The translations under genes and the position numbers were made by a program. This document shows, piece after piece, positions 1 to 10,448 of a stretch of 64,000 nt of DNA. The stretch is from an uncultured Flavobacteriales bacterium (GTDB lineage: Bacteria > Bacteroidota > Bacteroidia > Flavobacteriales_F > PHOS-HE28). Each line of letters opens with the position of its first letter. The stretch's first letter is position 1. The stretch is taken from NCBI GenBank assembly GCA_963706125.1, contig CAVPLQ010000003.1:151571-215570 (forward strand), written 5' to 3'. Below the pieces are notes generated by a model. It was not told the DNA's origin. It ran no database searches and saw only the letters and a list, made by a program, of their open reading frames with translations.

Positions 1-3000
1 CACCCTGCTGATACTGCGAGGCCAGTTCATTGCGGTTGTATTCCGCGAAAGAGCGCTGATGGCCGGTAGGGATGTTGTCGATACGGGTCTTCTCGTTCAT
101 GGCCCTGTCATGCGCCCCGGAAATAAGCTGCTTCTCCCGGGCCTCGCGATTCTGCTTCATCAGCTCCACCTGCTCCCGTTGGCGGTCCCCTGCGGCATTG
201 CCCCTGACATTCATCGAGGACAATTGATCTTCCTGCTGAAGCGCTTCGTCGCGGGCGGCATTGGTCCGCTCCATGCTCGCCTGTGCCTTATCGTTCAACT
301 GGGAGGTCCAGCTTTGTTGCTGCTCCCTGACGGTAATCACTTTGCTGGCATGTTCTTCTTGCCGGGCGGTGGCCATCTGCTGGATGTCCGTCTGTTTCGC
401 GGAGGTCGCGTCCATGGCCTGTTCACTGACTTCTTTATCCTTCTCCTGCAGTTCTTTCTTCCGCTGGGCCAATGATTCCCGGAAGGCCTCCACCTCTTCA
501 GCGTTGCGTTTGCGCATCTCCTCACTGCCGCGGTACAGCTCTTCGGAGCTGGCCACATAGTCCTTGTTCTGGTGCGCCGCGTCCTCCTGCCGTTGCTCGG
601 CCTTGGCTGCATTGTCCTCTTCCTGTTGCTGTACCAATTGCTGCAGGCGCTTTATCCGGCCGTACTTCTCCACTTCCTCACGTTCCCGTGCTTCGCGCAT
701 GAACTCTTCCGCCTCCTGTTCCTTACGGTTATCCGCATTACTGGTTTGAGGCGGCGGTGGCGGGGCCTCGTTGGCTTGTTGCTCGGCCAGTTCACGCTCC
801 CTTCTCAGTCGCTCCTGCTCGGCGAGCATCATGTCGATCTGGTCGATCTTCACCTGCGGATAAGTCTCCTTGGGCTTGATGTCCAAGGCCTGGGTGTAGA
901 GGCTGCGTGCGGAGGGATAGTCCTTGTCGGCCATGGCATTGTCGGCGTCCAGGACGATCTGTGCGTATCGGTCATCCAACGCTTTCTGCCCTTCCCGCTC
1001 CTGCCGGGCACGGTCCAAAGCCGCCCGGGCGGAATCAGCCGCCGCGGCCTCCCTTCTCAGGCGTTCCTCCTCGGCCAAGCGGTCCCGTTCGGCCGCAGTA
1101 GCTGAATCCTGCTGCGCCTTCAATTGGTCGGCAATGGCCTGATCGATGGCTTTGAGACGGTCCTTCGGATATTTCTCATCGGGTTTCACGCCGAGCGCCT
1201 CGGTATAACCTTCGCGGGCCGGGTCATATGCCTTCCTGTTGAAAGCCGCGTCCGCCTTGGCGATGGCCTGGTCATAACGGGCTTGAACATCCGCTTTGCT
1301 GTTGCGCTCCGCCTCCAGCCGTGCCCGTTCAGCCGCGTCCTGTGCCGCTTTCAAGCTATCGGCCTCCGCTTTCAACCGGGCCTCTTCCGCCAGCCGGGCT
1401 TGTTCGGCGGCATCCTTCGCCGCCTTCAAGCTGTCCGCGGCGGCCAATTTGGCTTTCAAGGCGACAATGGCGGCCAACTGGTCATTGGGGTATTTCTCCC
1501 CCGGCTTCACATCCAACGCCGAGGTATAGCCACTGGTTGCCGCATCATAGGCTTGGCCCTTGAATTCCTTGTCCGCCTGGGCGATCAGGTCCGCGTACTG
1601 TTTGTCCTTTTCCTGCTTCTCGCGTGCCAGGCGCTCTTTCTCGGCCTGCTCTTTCGCCTTGGCGTCCATCAGCTCATTGATCGCCGCGATGCGGTCCTTC
1701 GGATATTGCTCGTCCGGCTTCAATTGAGAAGCGTCCTTGTAGTCGTTCAAGGCGTCTCTGTTCTTCTTGGCATCGAAGTTCTTGTCCGCGCTGGTGATCA
1801 ACGCCGTGTACCTGGCGTCCAATTCATCCTTCTTGCGCTTCTCCTCCGCTTGGCGCGCCAGCTCGGCCAGCTTGGCATCGATCTCCACGATCCGTTCCTT
1901 CGGATGCGCTTCATCGGGCTTCACCCCCAGTGCTTCCTGGAATTTGGCTTTGGCATCCTCGTATTTCGCAGCCGTGAACAGGCCCTCTGCCTTATCCACA
2001 ATAGCTTGGTACTTCGCATCCAGTTCCTTGGCCTTCTTCTCCGCCTCCGCCTTCGCCGCGTTATCCGCTATGGCCTTGTAGATGGCGGCCAACTGGTCCG
2101 ATGGATACTTTTCCTTCGGTTTCAGGCCCAGAGCCTCGTTGTACTTCTTCTTTGCCGCGTCGTAGTCGGTGCTTAGGAAGGAGGCGTCCGCAGCGGTAAT
2201 GGCCGCTTGGTACTGTTCGTCCAGCTCCTTGGCGTTCTTGTCCGCTTCGGCCTTGGCGGCGAGTTCCGCCAGCTTCTTGTCAATGGCCATCAGCTGGCTT
2301 GCCGGGTATTTCTCTTTTGGCTTCATCCCCAGCGCTTCGTTGTACTTCGCCTTGGCCTCGTCGTAGTTCGTACTTTGGAATGCGGCATCAGCGGCGGTGA
2401 TGGCGGCTTGATACTGCTCGTCCAGCTCCTTGGCGTTCTTGTCCGCTTCGGCCTTGGCGGCCAGTTCCGCGAGCTTTTGGTCGATGGCCTTCAGTTGGTC
2501 GGCCGGATATTTCTCGTTCGGCTTCAAACCCAGAGCTTCGTTGTACTTCGCCTTGGCGGCATCATAGGTGGCGGCATTGAAGGCGGCATCCCCGGCCTTG
2601 ACCGCGGCGTTATACTGGTCGTCCAGCTCCTTGGCCTTCTTGTCTGCTTCGGCCTTCTTGGCCAGCTCGTCCAGCTTGGCGGCGATCGCGGCCAGTTGCT
2701 GCGGCGGGTACTTCTCGTCCGGTTTCAATCCCGCGGCCTCGGTGAATTTCCCCTTGGCGTCCTCGTACTTGGCGGCCTTGAAGGCGGCATCGCCCGCAGC
2801 AACGGCGGCATTGAACTTATCGTTGAGCTCCTTGATCTTTTTGTCGGCCTCCGCCTTGGCGGCCAGGTCGGCGATGAAGGCATCGCACTCCTTGATCTTC
2901 TGCTTCGGATAGGCTTCCTGGTCTTTCAAACCCGAGGCCTCCGCGTACTTGGCCTTGGCATCCTCATAGCTCTTCTTGCCGAAAAGCCCGTCCGCTGTCT

Positions 3001-3742
3001 TGATCAGGTCCGCATACTGCTGTTCCTTCTTTTCCGCGGCGGCCAGCTCGTTCAATTTGATCTGCGCGTCGCTTAGCTTCGCCGTGGCGATCGGATCCCC
3101 GGCCTTCAGGCCCAAGGCTTCCGTATAGCTCTGGACCGCTTTCTTGAAGTCCTTGGACGCCATGGCCGCGTTGCCTTGGTCCATCAACTTGTTGAACTGC
3201 TCGTCGGCATTAGCCTCCCGCTTCTTCTTGTCGTCGTATTCCTTCAGCAACCGCGCCATCTCCGAGCGGATCTGCTCGGTATATTCGAGGTCCCACGCCA
3301 GCATGTGGGTCGTAGGGTCGTACTTGGACTTGCCGATGGGCTGTTGAAGCAGCTTGAAGTCGATGCCCGGGATGTCCTGGAAAAGCGTCATCTCCACGTT
3401 CATCGCCAAGCCGCCCACACGGTCCTCCTCCGGGATGCTGCGCGTATTGATGGCGACGTTCTTGCCCACCATGCCGGGTTTGTCGAAGAGCAGTTTGTAC
3501 TCGTAGCCGTAGTCCAAGTTGAACTCGTACTTGCCGTTGGCGCTGGTGACCACCGTGGTGAGCTTGGTGCCGTCCTTGAAGACAGTGACGTTGATGCCGT
3601 CCAGCTTCTTCGAGGTGTTGTAGTCCTTCACCGTGCCGTAGACGTACACGTTGTCGACCTGGGCGCTGGCTTGCAGGCCGAAGAACAGGAGCAACAGCAC
3701 GAAGAAGGTCCGCAAGGGGCGAAGGAAGTGGGATACGGCCAT
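1..3742 (-). CDS. Large secreted tandem-repeat protein, partial because the 3' end lies beyond the window start. It has an N-terminal signal peptide and a carboxypeptidase-regulatory-like (CarboxypepD_reg) beta-sandwich, followed by at least 10 repeats of about 67 aa. It is possibly an OmpA/MotB-family or TPR-like envelope protein.
   Basis: The reverse-strand translation from the ATG near 3742 reads MAVSHFLRPLRTFFVLLLLFFGLQASAQ, a signal peptide, then GTVKDYNTSKKLDGINVTVFKDGTKL...GKYEF. Repeated KYxEALGxKPxEKYPxxQLxAID...AEAD units follow. The minus frame stays open to position 1. The + strand 'ORFs' at 1124-3766 are Leu/Arg/Gly-rich antisense artefacts. Confidence 0.6.
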   Translation of the reverse strand, partial: MAVSHFLRPLRTFFVLLLLFFGLQASAQVDNVYVYGTVKDYNTSKKLDGINVTVFKDGTKLTTVVTSANGKYEFNLDYGYEYKLLFDKPGMVGKNVAINTRSIPEEDRVGGLAMNVEMTLFQDIPGIDFKLLQQPIGKSKYDPTTHMLAWDLEYTEQIRSEMARLLKEYDDKKKREANADEQFNKLMDQGNAAMASKDFKKAVQSYTEALGLKAGDPIATAKLSDAQIKLNELAAAEKKEQQYADLIKTADGLFGKKSYEDAKAKYAEASGLKDQEAYPKQKIKECDAFIADLAAKAEADKKIKELNDKFNAAVAAGDAAFKAAKYEDAKGKFTEAAGLKPDEKYPPQQLAAIAAKLDELAKKAEADKKAKELDDQYNAAVKAGDAAFNAATYDAAKAKYNEALGLKPNEKYPADQLKAIDQKLAELAAKAEADKNAKELDEQYQAAITAADAAFQSTNYDEAKAKYNEALGMKPKEKYPASQLMAIDKKLAELAAKAEADKNAKELDEQYQAAITAADASFLSTDYDAAKKKYNEALGLKPKEKYPSDQLAAIYKAIADNAAKAEAEKKAKELDAKYQAIVDKAEGLFTAAKYEDAKAKFQEALGVKPDEAHPKERIVEIDAKLAELARQAEEKRKKDELDARYTALITSADKNFDAKKNRDALNDYKDASQLKPDEQYPKDRIAAINELMDAKAKEQAEKERLAREKQEKDKQYADLIAQADKEFKGQAYDAATSGYTSALDVKPGEKYPNDQLAAIVALKAKLAAADSLKAAKDAAEQARLAEEARLKAEADSLKAAQDAAERARLEAERNSKADVQARYDQAIAKADAAFNRKAYDPAREGYTEALGVKPDEKYPKDRLKAIDQAIADQLKAQQDSATAAERDRLAEEERLRREAAAADSARAALDRARQEREGQKALDDRYAQIVLDADNAMADKDYPSARSLYTQALDIKPKETYPQVKIDQIDMMLAEQERLRRERELAEQQANEAPPPPPQTSNADNRKEQEAEEFMREAREREEVEKYGRIKRLQQLVQQQEEDNAAKAEQRQEDAAHQNKDYVASSEELYRGSEEMRKRNAEEVEAFRESLAQRKKELQEKDKEVSEQAMDATSAKQTDIQQMATARQEEHASKVITVREQQQSWTSQLNDKAQASMERTNAARDEALQQEDQLSSMNVRGNAAGDRQREQVELMKQNREAREKQLISGAHDRAMNEKTRIDNIPTGHQRSFAEYNRNELASQYQQG
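1150..3060 (-). repeat. Intragenic tandem repeats with a period of about 201 bp (67 aa). The copies between about 2020 and 2830 are about 85-90% identical at the nucleotide level.
   Basis: The motif ccagctccttggc(g/c)ttcttgtc(c/t)gcttcggcc recurs at about 2221, 2422, 2623 and 2821. More diverged copies lie upstream. Confidence 0.6.
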
Positions 3743-3831
3743 GCAGGGCGTGCTTGTTGGGGCTGATGCACGAAGCCGCAAAATACGACAACTTTGGCCC
3801 GTGGCCCAAAGTTGCAGGCCGCACAACGCGC

Positions 3832-4953
3832 ATGTACAGCATTTGGGAAAGTCGCTCGTTCCGTGGAGACCCGGACCTGGTGGTGGTCGGGGCGGGGATC
3901 ACGGGGCTTTTCACGGCCTTGCATTACAAACGCAAATTTCGGCGGAAGCGTGTTGTGGTGCTGGAGCGCGGCCCCCACCCTTCCGGCGCCAGCGTGAAGA
4001 ACGCGGGCTTCGCCTGCTTCGGCAGCCCCAGCGAGCTGCTGCACGATATCGATACGGAAGGCGAGGCCGCAGCGCTGCACCGGGTGGAGGAACGCTGGCG
4101 CGGACTGGTAGAGCTGCGCGAAACGCTGGGCGATGCGGCCATCGGCTTCGAGGCCGTGGGCGGATATGAGCTCTTCGTGAAGGATAGCCCCCTGTACACG
4201 CGCGTAGCCGAACGGCTCGATGCGCTCAATGCCGCACTGCAAGGCATTTTCGGGAAGAACGTGTTCACCTGGGCGGACCAGCGCATCCCCGCATTGGGCC
4301 TCAACGCCGATCATTTGGTCTGGAACCCGCTCGAAGGCGCGGTGGACAGCGGCATGCTGATGCGCGCACTGCTGGCGAAGGTGCAGGGCGAAGGCGTCGA
4401 GGTAAGGTTCAGTTCCTCCGTGGAAGGCTGGGAGGAGGAACCGGACGGCGTGGAATTCCGGCTGGCCGATGCCGGCACCGTGAAGGCCGCACAAGCGGTG
4501 ATCGCCACCAACGGCTACAGCCGGACATTGATCCCCGTGATCGACGTACTGCCCGGTCGCGGCCAGGTGGTGCTGACCTCCGTGATCCCCGGCCTGCAGC
4601 TGAAGGGTACCTTCCACATGGACGAGGGTTTCTACTATTTCCGCGAATACGACGGACGCGTGCTACTGGGCGGCGGTCGCAACCTGAACAAAGCCGGGGA
4701 GACCACCACGGAGGATGGCACTACGCCACAGATCCAGACCGCGCTGGAGGAACTGCTGCGACAAACCATCCTGCCCGGGCGGGCCTTTAGCATTGCGCAG
4801 CGCTGGAGCGGCGTGATGGGCTTTGGCTCGCAGGGCGGGCCGCCCGTGGTAGAGCGGATCTCACCCAACGTGGTGGCGGCAGCGGGCCTGGGCGGCATCG
4901 GTGTGGCCATCGGGATACGGGTGGGAAGGCTGGCGGCAGAGTTGGTGGGGTGA
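3832..4953 (+). CDS. FAD-dependent oxidoreductase, DAO / glycine-oxidase-like family
   Basis: It has a Rossmann motif, DLVVVGAGITGL. Overall it looks like the D-amino-acid-oxidase family. The ATG at 3832 is preferred over the TTG at 3754, because 3754 lies only 12 bp from the divergent gene start. Confidence 0.65.
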   Translation: MYSIWESRSFRGDPDLVVVGAGITGLFTALHYKRKFRRKRVVVLERGPHPSGASVKNAGFACFGSPSELLHDIDTEGEAAALHRVEERWRGLVELRETLGDAAIGFEAVGGYELFVKDSPLYTRVAERLDALNAALQGIFGKNVFTWADQRIPALGLNADHLVWNPLEGAVDSGMLMRALLAKVQGEGVEVRFSSSVEGWEEEPDGVEFRLADAGTVKAAQAVIATNGYSRTLIPVIDVLPGRGQVVLTSVIPGLQLKGTFHMDEGFYYFREYDGRVLLGGGRNLNKAGETTTEDGTTPQIQTALEELLRQTILPGRAFSIAQRWSGVMGFGSQGGPPVVERISPNVVAAAGLGGIGVAIGIRVGRLAAELVG

Positions 4954-5043
4954 GCACTATGGCGTTGTGCTGAAGTCGACGCTGAAGATCAGGATTCTGC
5001 CGCCCCACAGGATCAATGCGTCTGCCGTGAAGGTGGCATACAA

Positions 5044-7566
5044 ATGAGTGCAAAAATTGTTTGTTCACATTTCGTATCCATCTCGATATCTTGCAGAAGC
5101 ATTGGAGGATCTATGCTGACCAAAACGAGTACACATGAACACTCCACGAATATTTCTGATGCAACGGCCATCGCCTTGCTCGTATCCGGCTGTAGAAAGG
5201 ATGACCCAACGCCGGACATGGATGTGCCATTGCCCACCTCCGGCATTTCGATCACAGTGACCGGTAGGGTACTTGATGTGAACGGCACCTTCCTCTCGAA
5301 CGCAACCGTGCAAATGAACGGGCGCACGACGACCAGTGATGCCGATGGCATTTTCCGGATGAGCGGTGTTCCTGCCCACGAAGGCCGGAACTTCCTGCGG
5401 GTGGACAAGACCGGGTTTTTCTTCGGTGGCCGGAACCTCCACGTGGTTGGGGATGGCAATTATCGGGTCCAGGCCATTCTCGCTCCTCGCACCTTGATAA
5501 GGTCCTTCCAAGCATCGGCAGGTGGTACCGTGCAGACCGGCGATGGCTTGGTCGTCGAGGTACCGGCGAACGGGATCGAAGGTGGGTACCAAGGAGAAGT
5601 GAAGGTCCATGCGAGGTATCTGGATCCCACGCTCAGCTCCACGATCATGGAAATTCCCGGACTGGATGCCATCAACAACGACGGTGATCCAGGGATCATG
5701 CGGCCATTCAGTATGGGGCATATCGAGCTATCGGATGCGAACGGCGATCGACTCCATCTGGCCTCGGGCGCATCAGCGCAGTTGACCTTCCCGGTGCATT
5801 CGGATCTGTAGGCTTCCGCACCGGCCACCATTCCATTGTGGTACTTCGACGAAGCGGAAGGGGTTTGGCAGGAGGAGGGAAACGCCACGCTACAAGGCGG
5901 GGAATACACTGGTACAGTGGAGCATTTTACCCTCTGGAACTGCGATGACTTCATATGTAGTTACCGCTTCAGTATCACCATTTCCTGTGGGGGAATTCCG
6001 GTGGCGGACATGCCCATGGTCTTTCGGAACAGCAATTTCGACTCAGGTCTTACCGCAACAGGCTCCACCAATGACCAAGGCACTGTTGTGTCAGCACTGC
6101 AGTGCAATGCAACGTTAGAACTCTATGTGATACCTCCCGGGGGTAATGGTACGGAATACCTGATGGGCACGGTGCAGACCGCGATCACCGTCCAAGGACC
6201 ACAGACCCTATCGATGCAGGGGATTTGCGGGCCGCATGCTTCGGTTCGTGGCAGTGCTGTCACTGGCGCGGGGCTACCGGTCACCAACGGCTACATGTAC
6301 CTGCAGTTCGACGACTTCCATCCGGAGCCGGTCTTCTTCAACGGCCAAGGCGAATTTTCGGCTTCATTCTTCGATCATACGCCACAACAATTGGCCACAG
6401 GAGCCCAGATCATCGCGTGGGATCTGGACAACTCCCTCATGTTAGAGGGGCCGATCATTCCATTCAACGAGCAGGTTAGCATATTGCCCGAACCCATTGT
6501 CATTGGCACATCAGCCTCCATCGGCGGTCGCATCTACACCGGAGGCTACGACCAGAGCAATTTCTATTGCCTGGATGCGAATGATGGCAGCGTGATCTGG
6601 ACCTTCGATTCGCCGTCCCTCGCCTTCGATGTTTCACCGGTGATATTGGACAACAAGGTCTACTTCACCAGCTTGAGCGGTGAATTGTTCTGCCTGAACG
6701 CTTTCGATGGAACCGAGATCTGGTCCGCATTCAGCTACGCTGATAGCTATGCGCCATTCGCCGAGAATGGTGTGCTCTACATCAGTTCCAACTATGGGAA
6801 TATCAAGGCCATCGATGGCAACTCCGGTTCGATGCTCCGGCAATACAGCCCTGGCAGCAACGGCTTGTACTCGGCGCCCACCATCGTCGGGAATACCCTG
6901 TACTGTGGCGGGGGCGATACTTCACCTCGCATGCTCGCGCTGAACAAGACCAATGGATCGCTGCTTTGGCAATTCGATGCTCCCGACCAAGTGAATACGT
7001 CACCTTGTGTGTCCGACGGCAAGGTCTTCTTCGGTTGCAACAACCAGAAGATCTATGCATTGGATGCTACAACAGGCGCCTTGCAATGGGAGCAAACGAT
7101 CGACGACGCAACCGATCTTACTGGAGCACTGACCGCAGGACAAGGAATGGTCTATGCACAAGCACTAAGCAAATTGGTCGCCATGAACACCAACAACGGG
7201 AACATCGTTTGGGAAAAGGACATCTATGCGCAAGGCGGGGGTGGCAATCCGTACCTCGATGGTAACCGCTTGTTCGCGAGCAACATCAGCGGTCCGGTCT
7301 ATTGCTATGACGCTGCCACGGGGGCGACCAACTATACGGTTCCCGGCACGGGTTCTGGTGGGGAGATCGCTACGCACTTCCTAGCGGTGGATGGTGTGCT
7401 CTTGATGAATCGCTATGCGCACCCTTCGGCCTTGGAAGCACGGAATGCACTGACCGGCGAACTGATCTGGTCAGGGGCGCCGCAAGACGATTGCACAGCT
7501 CCCATCGTGCCGGTGGATGACAACGGCGTGGCCCATTATTCCACAGCGAGCGGTATGCGGCAGTAA
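5044..7566 (+). pseudogene. One reading frame interrupted by an in-frame TAG at 5809-5811. The N-terminal part has a CarboxypepD_reg-like domain. The C-terminal part is a PQQ-like beta-propeller repeat protein. It could instead be two adjacent CDS.
   Basis: ORFs 5044-5811 and 5836-7566 are in the same frame. The sequence reads ...LTFPVHSDL*ASAPATIPLWYFDEAEG... The PQQ-type blades include KIYALDATTGALQWE, SVIWTFDSP, LFCLNAFDGTEIWS and MLALNKTNGSLLWQF. The second ORF in the track starts with TTG only. Confidence 0.5.
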
Positions 7567-7818
7567 GTGGTCAGCCTTGATCGGCGATCCGATCGAGATC
7601 TCGATCAATGTTGCATTCCCTCACACCACCTGTCCATGGGTGAACAGGGAGTGGTCCTTAAGGTATCATTAAGAATTACATGAGGCCACATGGATCCGTT
7701 CACAATTGAACGGCCGGACAGATCGATGCGTTCCGGTCCACCAATGCTCGGTTGAGGCCATCGATGTCCTCCGTTCGGAAGTATATTGCCCTGTCCTGCG
7801 CTGGGCTACCTTGCGGCC

Positions 7819-9315
7819 ATGCGTTTTCCTCTACCCTTCCTGCTCGTTTCACTCTCTATTGGTCCACTATCCGCACAGACCTGGGAACCCGTGGGCAGTG
7901 GTGCCAGTTCCACCGTGTATGCCTTGGAACCATTCGGCGGGGAGCTTTTTGTAGGTGGGGTGTTCACGGAGATCGGCGGAGTGAACACGAACTACTTGGC
8001 GCGGTGGGACGGATCTGAATGGAACGCGGTGGCCAACCTCATCACTTACATGGCCGCGGACGGCCTCTATGCGAACGACACTGCCCTCTTCATCGGCGAT
8101 GGTGGCCGGGTGCGGTTCTGGAACGGCACCAACCTGTTCAACCTCACCGGGGTCAGCAGTTCATCGTTCAACAGCACCGCGTACAGCATGGCCCATTTTC
8201 AGGATACGTTGTACGTGGGCGGCTTCTTCTCCTCCCCGTTCGCCCGGATCGCAAAGTGGACCGGCAGCGGGTATGAGTCCCTCACCTCGGGCTGCAATGC
8301 GCAAGTATCAGCGCTTACACCTTTTGAAGGCCAACTCTTTGTTGGCGGGAACTTTTATAACGCCGGGGATTCATTAGTGCGCCACACCGCCCTGTGGAAC
8401 GGTAGCGAGTGGAACCGCATGGGCGACGGGGTGAATAACGATGTGTTCACGCATTGCATGTACCGGGACACGCTGTACATCGGTGGGCGCTTCACCCAAG
8501 CGAACGGCTTGGCCGCCAGCCGCGTGGCCAAGTGGAACGGCAGCCAATGGGTGAAGGTGGGCGGCACCTTGAACGATTACGTTACCGCCATGACCGTGTA
8601 CCGCGACCAGCTTTATATCGGCGGAGCATTCACAACACCGAGCTACATCGCCCGTCTTTCCGGCAGTGCATGGGTGCCCGTGGGGCTAGGCTGCGACAAC
8701 AAGGTGCGCACGATGGAGGTTTACCACGACAGTCTGTTCGTGGGCGGCGACTTCACTATGGCAGGGGGCGATCCCGCAAACCACATTGCCAAGTGGCACT
8801 TGCCCGAAGCGCCAGCAGCCACCTTCAGCGTAGGCAGTCCAACACTTTGCCCGAACGAATGCACCAGCTTCACGGACAATTCGCCGAACGGCGTTTCCAC
8901 CCGGGCCTGGAGCTTCCCCGGAGGCACGCCCGCCACCAGTGCGGACAGCATGCCCACGGTCTGCTATGAGCTGCCCGGCACCTATTCCGTAACGCTCACA
9001 GTAACGAACGCGGGCGGAAGCGATACGGCAACGGACAGCACTGCCGTATTGGTGGACGTCTGCTCCGGGATCGAACGATCAACCGTTGTGGGAGACCTCT
9101 TAGTGAGGCCCAATCCCGTCCATCGGTCGCTCCACCTGAAACTGCCCGGCAGCGGCCGCATCGCGGTGATCAATGCACAGGGCCGCGTGGTGCTCACGAT
9201 GCACAGCCCAAGTGAAGAGCACGTGCTGGATACCGCCGACCTGCCAGTAGGCATCTACGTCGTGCGCTTTACCGGGGAAGGTCTTGTGGCCTCCGCGACG
9301 TTCGTGAAGGAATAG
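7819..9315 (+). CDS. T9SS cargo protein with a beta-propeller-like repeat region, a PKD domain and a Por_Secre_tail C-terminal domain
   Basis: It has a signal peptide, MRFPLPFLLVSLSIGPLSAQ. A PKD-like motif, AWSFPGGTPATSADSMPTVCYELPGTYSVTLTVTNAGGSD, is present. The T9SS C-terminal domain reads LLVRPNPV...GIYVVRF...FVKE. Confidence 0.7.
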   Translation: MRFPLPFLLVSLSIGPLSAQTWEPVGSGASSTVYALEPFGGELFVGGVFTEIGGVNTNYLARWDGSEWNAVANLITYMAADGLYANDTALFIGDGGRVRFWNGTNLFNLTGVSSSSFNSTAYSMAHFQDTLYVGGFFSSPFARIAKWTGSGYESLTSGCNAQVSALTPFEGQLFVGGNFYNAGDSLVRHTALWNGSEWNRMGDGVNNDVFTHCMYRDTLYIGGRFTQANGLAASRVAKWNGSQWVKVGGTLNDYVTAMTVYRDQLYIGGAFTTPSYIARLSGSAWVPVGLGCDNKVRTMEVYHDSLFVGGDFTMAGGDPANHIAKWHLPEAPAATFSVGSPTLCPNECTSFTDNSPNGVSTRAWSFPGGTPATSADSMPTVCYELPGTYSVTLTVTNAGGSDTATDSTAVLVDVCSGIERSTVVGDLLVRPNPVHRSLHLKLPGSGRIAVINAQGRVVLTMHSPSEEHVLDTADLPVGIYVVRFTGEGLVASATFVKE

Positions 9316-9322
9316 CCCTGCC

Positions 9323-9700
9323 TCACTCTTCTTGCACCTCGATATCCTTCAGTGCCGCCAGCTTGATCCCCGGCTTGCCGTCATGCTCGGAGACCATGCC
9401 ATGGATGAGCAACGTCTTCCCGGAATAGCGTTCCGGTATTTCACTGATCTCCGCACCGGCCACGGTACCCCAGATCACCACGGTGAAGGTGTGGTCGGGA
9501 TACTTTCCACCGAAGTTGAGGAATACCGGCCCCTCATGATCCTTCCCCCGGATTGTGACCTGGGCGGGCGCGCCGCAGAAGTCCACCATCTCGCCCACTT
9601 GCTGGGCAATGGTCTCCAAGGTGGAAGTACATCGGTCGTCCTGGGCGGCGACGCTTATCGCCAGCGTTAGGCTCAGGAAAATGAAGATCTGTCGAAGCAT
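9323..9700 (-). CDS. Small secreted hypothetical protein
   Basis: Signal peptide MLRQIFIFLSLTLAISVAAQ. No recognisable family. Confidence 0.45.
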   Translation of the reverse strand: MLRQIFIFLSLTLAISVAAQDDRCTSTLETIAQQVGEMVDFCGAPAQVTIRGKDHEGPVFLNFGGKYPDHTFTVVIWGTVAGAEISEIPERYSGKTLLIHGMVSEHDGKPGIKLAALKDIEVQEE

Positions 9701-9846
9701 GGAGAACGTGGGGTGTGGGGCCATCAAAAGTAATTAGCCTTCCACTGGCTCCTTGTTTTATCTCGGAACTTCAGCTAGGAAACAGCCAGACACAACATGG
9801 GCGAAGAACTCCCGCTCCCCGCCCGCCCATTTCATATGAATGGTTA

Positions 9847-10059
9847 TCAATGGACCTTCGTGTGCTGTTGCACGGCATCGATCATCTCCTTCACTTGGGC
9901 CTTGGTCTTGCCAAGCTTCTGCTGGAGACGACCGTACAACTCTTCTTCCTTGCCTTCGGCATAAGTGAGGTCGTTATCCGTAAGCTGACCGTATTGCTGC
10001 TTCAGCTTGCCTTTCAGTTCGTTCCAGTTGCCTTTGATCTTATCGGTTGTAGCGCTCAT
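9847..10059 (-). CDS. csbD: CsbD-family general stress protein
   Basis: [56 protein letters not shown] is a typical CsbD sequence. The upstream extension in the ORF track is not credible. Confidence 0.7.
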   Translation of the reverse strand: MSATTDKIKGNWNELKGKLKQQYGQLTDNDLTYAEGKEEELYGRLQQKLGKTKAQVKEMIDAVQQHTKVH

Positions 10060-10232
10060 GGTTGTTTGTGTTTGGGGTTCGCCGTGGAAGGTGCACGAAG
10101 GATACCATGAAGCCAAAAAAGCCCCAAAAGGCCGTAGAATCAGGGGGTATGGGCCCTCCATCTAAAGATCGGCGGTGAGATCATTCCCCGATCCACGCGG
10201 ATCTGGGGAGAGGGCTGCCCGATCCCCGGGCA

Positions 10233-10266
10233 CAAACGAAAAAGCCCCCGTGGAAACGAGGGCTTT
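10233..10266 (-). terminator. Rho-independent terminator downstream of tRNA-Thr
   Basis: On the minus strand the sequence is AAAGCCC-tcgtttccacg-GGGGCTTT, followed by TTCGTTTG. Confidence 0.5.
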
Positions 10267-10271
10267 AGGAG

Positions 10272-10343
10272 AGCCTCCTGTCAGAATTGAACTGACGACC
10301 TGCTCATTACGAATGAGCTGCTCTACCGCTGAGCTAAGGAGGC
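10272..10343 (-). tRNA. tRNA-Thr, anticodon CGT
   Basis: The reverse complement, GCCTCCTTAGCTCAGCGGTAGAGCAGCTCATTCGTAATGAGCAGGTCGTCAGTTCAATTCTGACAGGAGGCT, folds as a cloverleaf with a 7-bp acceptor stem (GCCTCCT/AGGAGGC). The anticodon loop is TTCGTAA and the T-loop is TTCAATT. CCA is not encoded. Confidence 0.85.
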
Positions 10344-10448
10344 ATTCATGAACCGCTTATTCGGGATGAGCGGGCGGCAAATGTAAACCTCCTCCGCACA
10401 CATCGGGAATGCCGATCGGGGAAAAGGACATCCGACCCCGGTGATCGC

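Noticed and set aside
1124-3766. Large + strand ORFs (1124-2176, 2207-3076, 3176-3766) across the first 3.7 kb
   Set aside because: They are Leu/Arg/Gly/Val-rich with no domain signal. They are the antisense of the well-supported minus-strand repeat-protein gene.
3754-3831. The TTG-initiated 5' extension of the DAO-family oxidoreductase ORF in the track
   Set aside because: It would begin 12 bp from the divergent gene start. The in-frame ATG at 3832 leaves a plausible 89-bp promoter region.
10272-10448. tRNA-Thr as a possible integration hotspot for a genomic island
   Set aside because: No integrase, direct repeat of the tRNA 3' end, or compositionally distinct cargo is visible on either side.
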